Shown here piece by piece: positions 38,635 to 53,400 of a DNA stretch of 64,000 nucleotides. The notes under the pieces were generated by a model that saw only the letters and a list, made by a program, of their open reading frames with translations, was not told the origin of the DNA and searched no databases. Positions within the stretch are counted from its first letter, which is position 1, and each line of letters starts with the position of its first letter. A program made the position numbers and the translations under genes. The stretch is from Chrysomallon squamiferum (Eukaryota > Animalia > Mollusca): positions 32,240,001-32,304,000 of the forward strand of contig CM022665.1 of assembly GCA_012295275.1 (NCBI GenBank). Reading direction: 5' to 3'.

Positions 38635-41600
38635 GTCAGATATTTAATAAATTATATTAAAATTTATTTATACCTTTCTTAAAGAAAGCGTTTCAGAAAA
38701 CAGTTTTAACAACAAGATGTGATACTGAAAAAGACCGTCTCTCAATGCATTTCATTTATAATGTTACATTTAAATACGTAAACAAATTTTGTATTGAAAG
38801 GGTTATGAAATCAATTTTTTCATATGTACTAAACAGCATAAATTACACTATATTAAATGCCGATAAGAATAAATATCATTAAGAAAGCCAAAGAGCATTC
38901 TGTTAAACATTTAGTGTTCACATTTATGAACCTTTTTTGTTATAATATGCCAGTTATTTCTGTGGAGTGGTTAAAAATCCAGAATACCTAGACTCAGTTT
39001 GCTTTCGTTGTGAAAAGTGTCGTTCCAAATTAACTATGCTTTTATGTCTCAAAACAGTATAATAATATTTCCAGCTCTACCAAGGGATACCTACCATGCC
39101 AGCGGAAACGGTGTATCGTGCTATTAACAGAACTTGTGATACTGCGGAATCAGTTTCAGTAAGTCCATAAAACTCCTTCAGGTTGTTTTCGACACTGCCT
39201 GCCACGTGATAAAAATACAGTTATATGTATTTGTGAGAAATATTTTTATTTGTATGTCATTTTGATCGTTTAATCATTTTTATTATGCTTATCGTTTTTA
39301 TAATAAAATATTTTTTGGTCATATTAATTTGTAATCCTTTTCTTATAGTAAGTTTAGAGGTTTCACTATTAATTGGGACGCCACTTTTGGTACTTTATGA
39401 AATTAAGTGTTTGCAGGCTGGCACTACACCCTTTGGATATAGTGAAAATCGCGGGAATGGCTAGACACATTGGTCTGTAATAATGTGCATAAGAAATACG
39501 CTGTCTACTGGGACAATGAGATGAAAAAACAAGTTTTGAAAAGATCATGTTTAGGTTTAGAATTAAGATATTCATTTATATATGAAGATAGCATGTAAGG
39601 CTAACAGGGGATTTTGTCCATATTCAAAAGCTAACACGTGCTTTCAGTGAAAAATATACATACAAAACATTTCAAGTCCGGATGTAAGAAGGGGCTCTTC
39701 CTCACCTGGACCCCACCAGTGGACATCCATGTACAGGAGACTTGTTTAATCATAGTATAGATACATGTACATACATACATTTAAAATACCCAGTTACCGT
39801 AAGCCATTTATGTATTTACATTTTATTAATGTTACTAATTATTTTTTCTTCTTCCAAATTATTTTAATTATGGATTTGATAAATAAAAGATTTCACTTAA
39901 TATTTGTACGTTTTTGTGATGCAGCTATAATAAATCAATAAACGTATGATAATTTGTTTAATGACAATTTCAGAATAATAATATTATGGATATTAGGTAT
40001 TAAACATAATTTTTATTTCGTGTCGTATATAAAACCTGAACTGTGAAAATTCAGTTAAACATTTTTTTACTATCTAAAAAAAACACATTTAAAAACTGGT
40101 GACTGGTTTGATTAATGGTTAATTTGACAAATCCTGCCATCTTCAATCTTCATGAAAGTTATGTAAACACAACTGCTATCTTATGGTGATTTTCACTGTT
40201 CAAAGAGATTTAAACCAAAAATAAAAAAATAAAAAAATTTCAAGCATGAGGGAAAGTTTTCTTATTAATTTAAAGTTTTGAAATTGATTACATGCTTCAC
40301 ATTTGTTTTTGGAATACTTTGTCGAATTCACAAAAACTGCATATAAAATTACAGACATAACCAATTTTCTGGAGAAATTATACAAAAGGTAATAATGGTT
40401 TGTGACATTCAGTTTTATATTTCCGATAGCAGTAGTATGTTAAATTTTATATAAAGAGTATGCCTTGAGCATTCTTTATCTTGTCCTTGAACTTACACAA
40501 ATTATGCACATATAATTGAAAATATTAATTTCGCTAGCTAAAATTGATTGAACTAAAATGTTTGAACTCAGAAAAAGCTTAAAATAAGAATCTAACTAAT
40601 AGCGCGAAATTATCTAAACCGGCAATTAATGTAATGACGTCAGCTAGAACTGATGTCATATCCGGTCGTTAAAAAGATGTCTTTTGTTGTTTTATGAATA
40701 TTTGACGATATATTGATGTTTAAACTAGAATTCAAATTTTATATTAAAATAAATATTCATGGAGCAGTCTTAGAAGATGAATAAATATTATATTACTCAT
40801 CGATTTAAATAAAACAAACAAAAACAAAAAATCATTAAGCTCAGCACGTGAAAAGAAGAAAAATGGTAATGAAGGTAGGATTACGCTGGTAATTAACTTA
40901 AGAAAAGTCAGAAACATTTTTCTTTAATTAACTAATAATAAAAATAAAGCTTTTTAAAATTATCCACTGGCCCTTTTATTTGTTGTTAAACAAGTTTTTT
41001 CGTTTGTGAATCATATGGATTACAATAAAGCGAAAATACTGTAATAATAATGCAGTGTCGTAATTTTGGTGCTGCTTTAATAATTATTCACATTAATTTT
41101 GCATGACCCTATATTTTTTAATTACAGAATAATAATAATAAGTTTGTTTGTTTTTGTACTGTGGTTTATTTTAAAATAAAATTTCTATGATATATTTCTT
41201 ATTTTTCTATTACTCCAATATTTAAATTTTATCGGCATAATTCGAACAATCAGCGTGAAAAATTGCAACAGTATGTTTACATTCAAAGTCTTTTTATTTT
41301 ATTTTATTTTTTAAAAAATGTTTTTCTCCTGAATTATTCATATCGTATATAAAAATTAACTTAACATTTTTTTTTTTTTTTTTTTTTTTTTAAATATATT
41401 ATCTTACGAAGAGACCGGTTGCTGGCTCTGCTTCTAATTTATGTAAATAACTAGCTCTGTTGAACTTTCGAATAGTAGAGGCCGAAATCTAAATACAATG
41501 GTCATTTGGGGAACATAATACATTTATCTTAATTTTCGACTGAGTTAAAAATTAATTGTTTCTGTTTGTAATTGTAAGATTTATTTTTTCGTATATTTTT

Positions 41601-41882
41601 GCCGAGTCAAAACGTAGTGTCCAATATCACGTGTCACATTTTTGGGGTATGATTGGTTGAGAAATCTTAGTTTTTATTAAAAAGAAAGACAAAACAAGAC
41701 AAGACAAGACAAAACAAAACAAAAAAAAAAAAAAAAAAAAAGGAAAGAAAAAAAAAAAAAAGAAAAAGAATTTGATTCGTAATTAGAATAATCTTCGGAC
41801 AAGATTCATTAAATAAGAAATCATTGTACTTTGATATCAAGTGATTTACTTGTGTAATTATAATCGGTTTAAAAGATAATTC

Positions 41883-41928
<46 letters not shown>

Positions 41929-42061
41929 AATTATGACACTATTAGAAAAATAGGGATTTTAGTTTTCATTTTATTTTTTACTTTTTTAAAATCTGTATCC
42001 ATGTTTAGGAGGGCAAAATAACCAGTCTAATTACATCATGCGTAACCTCAGTATCATCTGC

Positions 42062-42097
<36 letters not shown>

Positions 42098-42370
42098 TTC
42101 ATGAAAATAACTCAATTACATTAAATACGCAAGCGCAAATATGTCAGATTTTGTATTAAGATGAAGGTCAAAATAAAGCAATACCTACAAGTTCACTACC
42201 CCGACGTCCATTTAAAGAGTTACAACATGAACATCCATACATACACACTTGGTATATACTACTTATAAAAGGGGATACAGTTTTGACATTTTCTGTTCTC
42301 TGTTGATTTTTCTTCAGGTGGGATCAAACCTTTAAACATTTATATTAACGAAAATCGAAGGAGCTGAAAA

Positions 42371-45300
42371 ATGTATATTAAATGTACATCGAATTGTTTG
42401 AATCTTGTACATCTGATGATCATCTGTTATATGGTTGCAAATCACGTTCACTCGGAGGATGTATGCCAAAAATCCTATTGTTTATGTTCAAGAAATTATG
42501 ATAGAAAAGCTGTTGTATGTCTACCAAAAACAATAATTACAAGTATTCCTCGTGGTGTGCCTGAAGACACAAAAGAACTGTATGTACAACATCAAATACT
42601 TGTTTCAGCGTTAGATTTATTTTAATTTTTAATACTAAATTAATGAGAAATTATTTATTTGTTTAAGTATCAAATGATGATACAAATAATAATTACAATA
42701 ATGATTTAATATATTGTCAACTATCTTAATAAGGTTTATTGGACATGTAATATTTAATTTAATTTTAGTAGCATAATTATTTCATGATATTAGATTTTCC
42801 GACTTTTATGTTAAATAAGAAATGGCCAAAGTCCAAAGAATTCAAATATCATTGTTAAACATGTCAAAATGTGTAATTTTGTCAAATGTAAAGTATTTTA
42901 TTAATATTGCTGCTTGCTGACCATTTAATGTGCTTATCCAAAATTAGTAAAATTAATATAAATATATTTTTAAAATTATTTGTAATTTAATATTTTTACA
43001 TCTTTTCAGAAGTTTTCTATCTAATCATATACAAGCTATAGGAGAAACTGATTTGAAAAGGCTGGAAGATTTGATTGTTTTGTAAGTAATGGTAACGATA
43101 CAACAAAGATTTATCCATCAAGTATTGGTTTCATAATTCAGAAATCAGCATGTTCTTCAGTCATGTTTTTCAGAAAGAAATATCAATTATTTACAATTTA
43201 ACAATCTTTTATTCAAAACTAAGGCTAGAATTATTAATTTTTCAGTAGAGTATGGTAGCACTCTTGCAAAACACATCAACATTTCTGCAGTATACATTAT
43301 GAATACTCATACTGTGTAGGACAAATAAAGACAACAAATAGTATTATAGCTTATTTGTAAGTATTAATTTGGTAAATGAAATAATGGCATAATTATAAAT
43401 TATAAACTAGTAGAGTATAGTTCTGTTTGTATGGAAAACATTTAGTAAAACTTCAAATATACATAACTTATAAAACTTAAAATTGAAATGTAACTGATGC
43501 CACACACCTGCTTGGTTGAATAAGATTTGGCACCATTAGAGTCAGTCTCCACGACAAAGACTTCAGTTTCCAGAGGTTAATGAATAAGATCTGAAACTGA
43601 GAACTGGTATTTAGCTAGATTTATATATATATATATAAATAATTTTAGATAATGATAACATTGCTGAATATTAATGTGTTTACAACTATAATGTACTGAA
43701 ATAGATCTCACTTTTATTAATATCTGATGAAGCAAACACACCAATATTTAATTCACAATTTAAAAGATAGTTACTTAGTCATTAATATTATTATTTTAGT
43801 ATCTGATAAATTAAATGTGTTTAAAGGATTTATATATTTCTATTTAGCATAGTTATACATAATAAAAAGTAACTAGATTCTTAGGATATCCAGCTTATAT
43901 TATGACTTAAAGAAGGTCTTGGGGACATAACCTGACACTGTTCTGTAATGCACTGTAGTTCTAAAGTCAGATGAATAAAAAATCACAGTACTTATATTTC
44001 TCTGATGTTTTAGTGAAACATTAGTTAGTCTTCAACAATCAGTATAATGTTTTTTTTTATTATGATTCAAACTGTAATGTTGAATTATTATTATTATTAT
44101 ACTTAATTATCCAAGTGTTGTAGTAATGTCAGGGTCTGAACCAGTGAGTACAAATAATGCAACATTTTGTTATCAAAATAAAATAGGGGATTGATAGAAA
44201 TGGAAATGCAGCGGAAAGATGGGAAGCAAAAGCTTGAAAAAGAATATAGAAATAGTTTTGAAATTGTATAAAGATTTTTGTAATTAATAAAACTAAAATA
44301 TTGTGTCACTTTTCAGATCTCTTGCAGATAATCAAATAAGTGATATCCATGAAAAAGCTTTTAAAAATATGTACAGTCTTCAAGTGTTGTAAGTATAATA
44401 TTAAAACAAGGGAGATAGATCTGGAACAATTGGATGTATAGATACTTAACTCTATATTTTCTTTAATCTAGATGATACATATGAATGTGTGTGTTTGTGA
44501 ACTTGTATATTTTGTTCTTAGTTTGTGAATTGCAGATTCTGGTGTTTAGCATGCATTTCAAAACATGATTTAAAAATTAAAATGAACAACAACAACAAAC
44601 AAATAAACCAATAAACAAACAAATTGTTTTATTTAATCTGTTGTTAAGTAAGTTTTTTTTGGAATGAACTTTCACAGTACATTTTCATTTTTTTTTCATT
44701 TTTACATTTATGTTATAAATATGGTGACAGATTTATCTCTGACAGACTTTATTAATACAATTTTTATATTTAAAAAAACAACAACATGACTAATGAAAGG
44801 AGCATATAATAAAAAAGAATAAATAGCTCAGTGTGTGAATTTGTGTTGGGGTAGTGGACATCCTGTCTCATTGATGTTATAGAACTTAACAACTGTCATT
44901 ATATCATGTAAGTGTAGATTAAAAAAAGGTAGTGTTCAGCTCATTAAATAAAAGGGTCATTCCGTGTCAAATCACCCCCCAAAAAAGAAATTTAAACCCG
45001 ACCGTCTCAGATTTTTATAAAACTTGGTGTACTTGTTGACTGGGATCCCACAGCACCAAATCTGAAATGTTAGCTCAATCAGACCAGTGGTGTGGGAGAT
45101 ATGGCCCACCGAATTTTGAGATTTTTGCCAAAAATGGGTGTGACCACCAACCTTAGAACCCTCATATCTCAGGAACTACTGGGCCAATCTTCATAAAATT
45201 GGTATTGTTAGAAAGGCAAAATGACAAGGATACCAAATCTGCCATTTTTGTTTAGTTTGGAAAATATTGGAGTACCTTGACCTTTTGACCTTTGCTATGA

Positions 45301-48098
45301 CCTTGAAATTGACCGTGTGGATCACGTGATCTTGAGATGACCTTTATTGAAATTTAATCTCCCACATGTTAACTAAAACATATAAAAGTTTCCTGGGTGT
45401 AATATTTTTTGTTTAGCCACAATATAGATTTAACAAATGCACATACATGAAAATAACACGTTTTCAGCCATTAACATCTGATTAACTAAAACCTGAATGA
45501 TCAATTCTGGATGCTAGGGATCACCATCTCTCTTGATCATCGAGTAAGACATTGTAGACCTACATGTATGCATAAAGTTCACATATAAAAGTTTCCTGGG
45601 TATAATATTTTTTGTTTAGCCATAATAGAGATTTAAAAAAATGCATACCTGCATGGATGATTGATACAATGCATTACAATGTACATTTTCTCTGAGACTA
45701 AAAATTCATCTTTGGAGTTAAAACCCACCTGACATGTCTGAAGGAATGCCTTGCCATTGGTTTTGAACGAGGTTTCAGTCAACAACAGTACAACCCAGTC
45801 TGAAATCAGACGTCATCAAGTGATGTTAGCACTCGATGATCAAGAAAGATGGTGATCCCTAGCATCCAGAATTGATCATTCAGGTTTTAGTTAATCAGAT
45901 GTTAATGGCTGAAAACGTGTTATTTTCATGTATGTGCATTTGTTAAATCTATATTGTGGCTAAACAAAAAATATTACACCCAGGAAACTTTTATATGTTT
46001 TAGTTAACATGTGGGAGATTAAATTTCAATAAAGGTCATCTCAAGATCACGTGATCCACACGGTCAATTTCAAGGTCATAGCAAAGGTCAAAAGGTCAAG
46101 GTACTCCAATATTTTCCAAACTAAACAAAAATGGCAGATTTGGTATCCTTGTCATTTTGCCTTTCTAACAATACCAATTTTATGAAGATTGGCCCAGTAG
46201 TTCCTGAGATATGAGGGTTCTAAGGTTGGTGGTCACACCCATTTTTGGCAAAAATCTCAAAATTCGGTGGGCCATATCTCCCACACCACTGGTCTGATTG
46301 AGCTAACATTTCAGATTTGGTGCTGTGGGATCCCAGTCAACAAGTATACCAAGTTTTATAAAAATCTGAGACGGTCGGGTTTAAACCATTGGGTGATTTG
46401 ACATGGAATGACCCAAAACGTTTATTATCTTTCATTCATTCATTCATACATGTAGGTTATTACAAGGAAATAGGATATCAGTCATTAAAAAGGGTCACTT
46501 CACTGACTTAACAAGTATAAGAGTACTGTAAGTATTTGTTACATTTTTAAAATAGTAAATAAATGCTTTGATAAATGATAAATGAAACAAATAATTTAAT
46601 GACCTATGATAGATATAAATAAAATAAAATTACATTGTTAAAGAACCATTTAAAAAAGTTAAAAACAAATATAGTCATACAAATAATCTTATTATATTTT
46701 GTTAACTTCCAGTTGTTTTTTTAATTAATTGTCAATGATTTACCCACACTTCCTTCTTTATCTTCATCATAACTAATTCATGACTAGCATTTTATGTTTT
46801 AAAAAAAATATAAAAAAAATGAATGCAAAAGAAAAAAGGGGAAAATACCACTTCCATGTTTTCTTGTTATTTGTATTTGTCTATTTATTTTCAGTTTAAG
46901 ACAGCATGTAATATTATTAATGAATAGTGATCTACATGTATTAAATTAAAAGATATTTTGAATTTATGTAGTGTTAGCACTACCAATAATTGAATTTTAA
47001 AAAACTAAAAAGTAAATAAATAAATAAGAAAATAAAATGTAAATATTATTTGTTTAGAGCAGACTAATTTCATACAACTTGTTTTATTTTTTTAATTTTA
47101 AATATGTATTGGGTCTCATTTTTAATATTAATTAAATTAACAAATATTTAAGCCAGTTTATAAAGTTATACACACACATCTTTATTTTTCAACCAGTAAC
47201 CTGTCCAGAAATCCTATTAGACAAATTGCACATTTTGCCTTCAGTACATTTCCTTTGAAATCAAAGGTAAAGGTGTAAGTACATTACTTTGTGCATTTTA
47301 CTTATGTTTGATAAAGATTATCCTTTATGTTTTGTTGTTGTTACAGCTGAGGAAGGACTTTCATACTCAAAAATGATTTTATTATGCTAACAAAAATAAA
47401 AGAATCAAGTTTATTGAGATGATAATTCAGCTTTGTATATTGTAATTACATTGTAAAAAAATATACAGAAAATAAAGTTTTAGATTTTTTTTCCTAAAAC
47501 ATGTAAAAATGTTTTGATTTTATAGCTTCATGATCTAGCTTATTGGATTCATAGATTGAATGGTTTCATTCTGGAATACCTACTTAAAAATTGATCTTGA
47601 TAATACAAGTCATTTGCAAATGTTCCTTGTTTTGATGAAAAATAAATGAATTCTTCACTTAGGTTTTCAAATATCTCTATAAATTGAAAGAAAAAATAAA
47701 AGTATAAAAAATTATTTATTTACAATTAATTGATTTAATGTTTACTATCATTTGAATTTTAGACTATGTAAAAACTTATGTAGGTAAGATACTTCTAACA
47801 AAGGAACATGAAAAGGAGTGAATTGATTTTTAAGAAAGAACATTGCATGTAGTATTGGAGTTAAGAGTTTTCTGAACACTATTTAGTATTATTTATATTT
47901 TAATATGTTTTTTCTTTCTTTTTAAAGAAAGAAATATGTTTGTTTTGGATTTCAGATTGTTGAGCAATAACCTGACATATTGTGGCTGTGCACTATTAAA
48001 ATCTGATTTTTTCAATTCACAAGCACAGCCTGGTCTCTCTTTTAATGGCTGTACATATGTCCCCCAAAAGTCCTCAGCTGCCTCTAGAAAATGTGCAG
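42371..48098 (+). other. Gene B signal peptide + LRRNT + LRR exons + LRRCT
   Basis: CQKSYCLC...VVC...ITSIPRGVPEDTKEL. 72/72/72/78-nt phase 2-2 LRR exons (e.g. LSLADNQISDIHEKAFKNMYSLQVL). NNLTYCGCAL forms the LRRCT start. Confidence 0.9.
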
Positions 48099-48120
48099 GT
48101 ATTCATTTCTCTTTTTTTTC

Positions 48121-48152
<32 letters not shown>

Positions 48153-50374
48153 CTGACTTTATTTTTTTTCACTTCTGTTTTATTTTTTGTTTTTAATTAT
48201 AACATATAAGCAGTTTAAGTACATTGAAATTTATCAAATTGATTCCATATCTTGAAAATTCTCTGTGGTGAAGAATTTAAAATAAAAATAAAAAATAAAA
48301 ATAAATAAATAAAAACTGTTTGTTGAATGATAGAAGAAAATGGAAAATTCAAAACTTTGTGTTCAAAACAGAATGTACACATAAGTCAGTTCCTCAGTTA
48401 ACTGTGTGTACAATTTAATTGATATTAAGGTATAATATACAGGATTATCTGATTTTGCATTATCAAGTCTAAATTAGTTTAGGATGAATAGTTTTAAAAA
48501 ATATTTGGACATGCTACATAATTGCCTTTCTTTTGAGATTTTAGATAAAGATGACCCCATTCGAGGCAGTAACCAATGTTTTAAATGTTTTGGTGAACTT
48601 ACTAATGGTAAATGTGTAGAAGAAGGCACCATTGAAAAGTGTGGAGATGACAGCTTGGTAAAAATGTATTTAAACATTAAAGATTTAGACTCCTTTATGA
48701 GAAATAATTCAAGACAATTACCAAAATGAAATATATTTTTGACTATATTTTTGTTCTGCAATAAAATTTCATATATCAGTAAAAGAGATAAAAAGTAAAA
48801 CGACAAGAAGCTGTATAATTAATGAATAAGAATGCATCTAAGAGTTACAGAAAAACAAGAACTTTGATTGGTGAAGAGGTTATTAGTTTTGTAAATGTAA
48901 CTCCTCTCAGAATAATTTCATAAAGCAGTATTATTATCTATCAGTTTTAGCAGGTTGTTAACATAACTAGAATAATATATACATGTATATGAATTCCTAA
49001 CATTCTAAATATTAACCTGTATTTTGTGGTTGTAATTTGTGTCACAATCATCATCATCTTTTTTTTTTTTTTTTTACTAAAATGGTTGTTTGATGACTAA
49101 ATTCACTTGAGAATGTAATAATTATTTTTTTTTAATGATATTCTAATTACTTACCAGTCCAGTGTAATTTTTTAATTATATGTAGTGCCATGTTTAAATG
49201 TGTATATAATGATGATCATGAGTAAAACAAATTTTACCTTATTAAATGGAATGTTCTGTAGATGAAGCATCCAAATAACTGAAGTTTAAAACTCAATAAT
49301 TATTGATAAAATAAATAAATAAAACTAAATAAATACATTAATTTACATATTAATGAATACATTTTTTTTTTCAACAGATGATGTGTGCAACAGTTTTACG
49401 TTACAGAAGTGGTAATTTCCATATTACCCGAGGTTGCAGAACCTATCACTGGTGCATGGAATATATGCAAAAAAATGCACTGGAGTGTTCTTTGAGATTC
49501 TCTCCTAACAGTATTAACTGCACATATTGTTGTATTGGTGACTTATGTAATGATAGAAAAATAACGTGTAGGTCAACAACACCTAAATTTTACAGAGCCT
49601 ATGTTTAGAAATACCAGATTCAGATCCAAGAGAGTTTTACACTGTGTTCTTTACCAATTTTGACTCACTCATGGTATTTTTGTTATATTCAAACTTCACA
49701 ATAATGATCATGTTCAATTTCTTCAGAAATCCCACATCTAGTTTCACTATGATTGTTTGTAAGAGTTATTTCCATCTGCAATCACTGCCCTATGATTGGT
49801 GATGTAGTTATGACCTTCATTTTCTTGTGATTTTCAGCCAGTGAGAAAGCTCACTGTATTTATATTTGACAGATGCTGTGTGGAGCCATGGGTCTGACAG
49901 CATTTTTATATTTAGTTTCTTATTTTCAAAAGAAAATTAAGAAACAGATGTGTCAGTATTAAAAAAGTGAAGACTTCTCTGCAGTATGTATGTAAGGAAA
50001 TTTGTGTATGTGTGTGTGTACTAATCACTTGCACTTAGTTGCTGTGACAGCTTAATGTGCATGTTTGCGTTATGAAGAAATAAACAGCATAAATACATTT
50101 TGCATACTTTTATCTTTATTATTCACTTCTCATGACAAATCAATTATAATAATGGTATAAGAAAACTTTTAAGGATCGACTGAGGCTGGTTTTTTCTCAC
50201 TTGTATCATGACTTCATTTTATAAAGAAGAAGTAAATTAGGAAATGACAGTTTTGTAATATTTAATTCAGTATATTTCACAAGAAAGCATGTCACCCATA
50301 ATGCATTCTCTTAATATCAATTAGTAGTAAAGTTTATTTATGATTAAAAAAAAAGAAAAAAAAGAAAAGAAATT

Positions 50375-50405
<31 letters not shown>

Positions 50406-53400
50406 TAATAAATCAAAAGAATAAAATAATTTTAAAAAAATAGGCCTTTTTGTACACATAAGTAAAAAAATGAAATTTGTATATTTACAGCAAGAACTCT
50501 TGATGTCAGCTACTATATATCTTTTCAAGTAAATATTTATGAATACAACATCCAGAAACCTGATGAGTACAAAACACTGGCTGAACTGATTAGAGCCAAA
50601 GTAAGTATTAACAATATTTCAGTATTTTGTTTTTCTCTTAGGTTAACAGAACAAATACTGTAGTGGGGTTGGATGGGGAAGAAATAAAGAAGAAAATGCA
50701 TTGTTCATGCATTGCATACAACAAAAATATCAGTTTTTATCCAATTTTTAGACAATGTGCATAATTATGTGAGTTTGTATAAAGCACTTATTTGACAATT
50801 ATATAGACAAATACACATGCATGCATATTTACAAACAATACTAAATATTGCATGTTTAGGCAATAAAACACAATATTCATTAAGTTAATAGATTTTAATA
50901 ATTTTCAGGCAGTACATTCATTCATTCATTCATTGTTTTCTTCCCTACTTTGTTTTCTCTCTAGATAAAAATGGGATTTCCTGGAAGTGAATACTCGGTT
51001 GTGTTCAAAGCTTTCAGGTAATATGAAGAAAGAAATTAATCTAATCAAATTTCACTTACATCAAAGCTGTTGCTTTGCAGATATCTTAGTTAAAAACAAA
51101 ATAAACCAATAAAAAGGTAAAAAGCAGTTACATAATGTGGACATTTATTGCAACTATAGTAGACCATTTAGATGTATAAATTTGTTACAGAGATAAAAAA
51201 AGAAATATTTTTCTTGAAATGAAAGTATTATATAAATCCAAATAAATGTTTATAAATAAAAGTCTTCAAGTATAATATTAAGTTATGATGCCATACTTAC
51301 ACATAATGTGTATTAATAGAAAACATAGGAAATGTAATAAATCTGAAAATTGAGATGTGGAAAAATGTGTTTGGGTTTATTCAAGTAGGCTTAGGATTAT
51401 GCTAAAATGCCACTTTTTATAATTGGAATGTTTTATAATAAAATGACAGAACAGTACATTCATTCCCATTCCTGTTTTTATTCCATGATTACATGAATCA
51501 AAGGCTTTTATATCTGTAGTTCTTAGTCCTCTATCTGTATTTCAGTAATATTCCAGTTAATGTACATTATAATATTATAATTTAATATAATTGTAAAGAA
51601 AACATTTAAAGTTAATATATATATATATATATAAATTAAATAATCCATAATCAAATAAATAATTAAAAATAATAGTAATAAAAATAAAAATAAAAATAAA
51701 AATAAAAATAAAAGTAAAAGTAAATAAATAAATAAAATAAAATACAAGACAATGTCAACAATGCACCCCATAAACTGGATCAGATGAAATTATCAGAAAG
51801 AGTTAAGTGGTGCAGACAAGCATTGTTTACATGATACTTCTTTGATGTATATCATTACATGGGAAATCTGTAGTTATTCTTAGAGACTATACAAAATGCT
51901 CAATAAATGGGTAGACAAACCCCAACAAGATGAATGTTGGTAATTTTGAAACAATTACCACTAGTACACATATCAACAAAATAATCACATGCACACATAC
52001 GCATGCACATTTGCACACACATGCACCCACACACATGCACAAGCACATGCATACACACGTACACACACACGTGTGTGTGTGTCTGTGTATCTGTGTATTA
52101 TGAACATTCCATGTTATTCTAAACATGGTCATGAATGTTTGAAATTGTTTTCAGGTCTCCTGGCCTACAGTTCTACTACACTATTCATGTAACCAAACTG
52201 CAACCATCTTCTCAAGCAGAACTGGATAAAGCTGTACTACCTGAAATAAACAAATCAATACATAGTATTTTCAATACATCTATATTAAACGATTCAGATC
52301 TAAAGATAACACATGATGGTACATATCTCAACTCTTTTTCTCTCTTTCTACTTATTTTCTCAGCCTTTGTCAGGTACCTGCACTCATTTATCAAAAGGTT
52401 CTTGAACTGAATTGCTACTGCTAACAGTTTCATTTGAAGTAGTTTCCGCTGAGCTTTGGTAGAGCACTGCCATAAGTTTGTTAAAGTAGCTTTGAAAAAT
52501 TAAGATGTATGGATTTTTATTTTCTAAGATTTTTATATATGCTTTTGTGTTATATTAAATAAAACATTCACTCATTACGATTTTAATATTAGTTTAACTC
52601 TTTCTTTTACTTGTATTTTAAAACCAGCATTTGCATTTTGTGAAAAAGACGAAACATTGTTCCATGACAGTGTTTTGTTCTGGATGCCAACAATACATAA
52701 CACAAAACTAACAATCAATTGCTCATGGACACCTCCAGGCTTTGGTATAAGAACAACAGCGAGATTTTGGTAGGTTTTAGGAAACAACAAAAATCATCAT
52801 ATGGAGATAATTATTGCTAGTGTTTAAATTGAAGTCTGATTTCCTTATTCTTAACTTTTTTTTATTTTATGTCAATGTTTTTGATTTTTTGCATGTGCAG
52901 ACAAGATAATTTGACAGATATGCAATACCACTGAAATGAAGGCACTGTTGAGGGTCAGATATTTTTTCTGACTTACCAGAATAAGATATTCATTTTTTAA
53001 TTTATTTTTTTCAGTTTAATTTCATAACCGTGAATCAATATTTTGGTATACAAACATTAAATCAGTTTCTACAGATCTATTATTTGCAGTTTGAGTTTTT
53101 GTTTTAGCAGCAGTAGGTGCATTTATTCTTTTAAATTGCAAACATTTAAATTAGTTTACAAATTTTATTTTGAACTGACTAGGGTTTCAATTATTTTCTT
53201 ATAGATAACTATTTGAACATACTGTATTTGCTTTCCTATATGTGGGATAAAAGTTTTAAGAGATTTTTTGCTGCTAACTTATGGTTGTAGTTTAATTAAC
53301 TTATATTATCAATGTTAACATTAAAAGGTTTAGACGTCATTAATCAGATTATGATTTTTGTTTCTCCTTTTATCTTACCAGCCGACTAGTAACTGAAGGC

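Noticed and set aside
44954-46414. Foldback element as an autonomous transposon or structured ncRNA gene
   Set aside because: There is no ORF of 60 aa or more and no transposase motif. The TSD and termini favour a non-autonomous DNA element.
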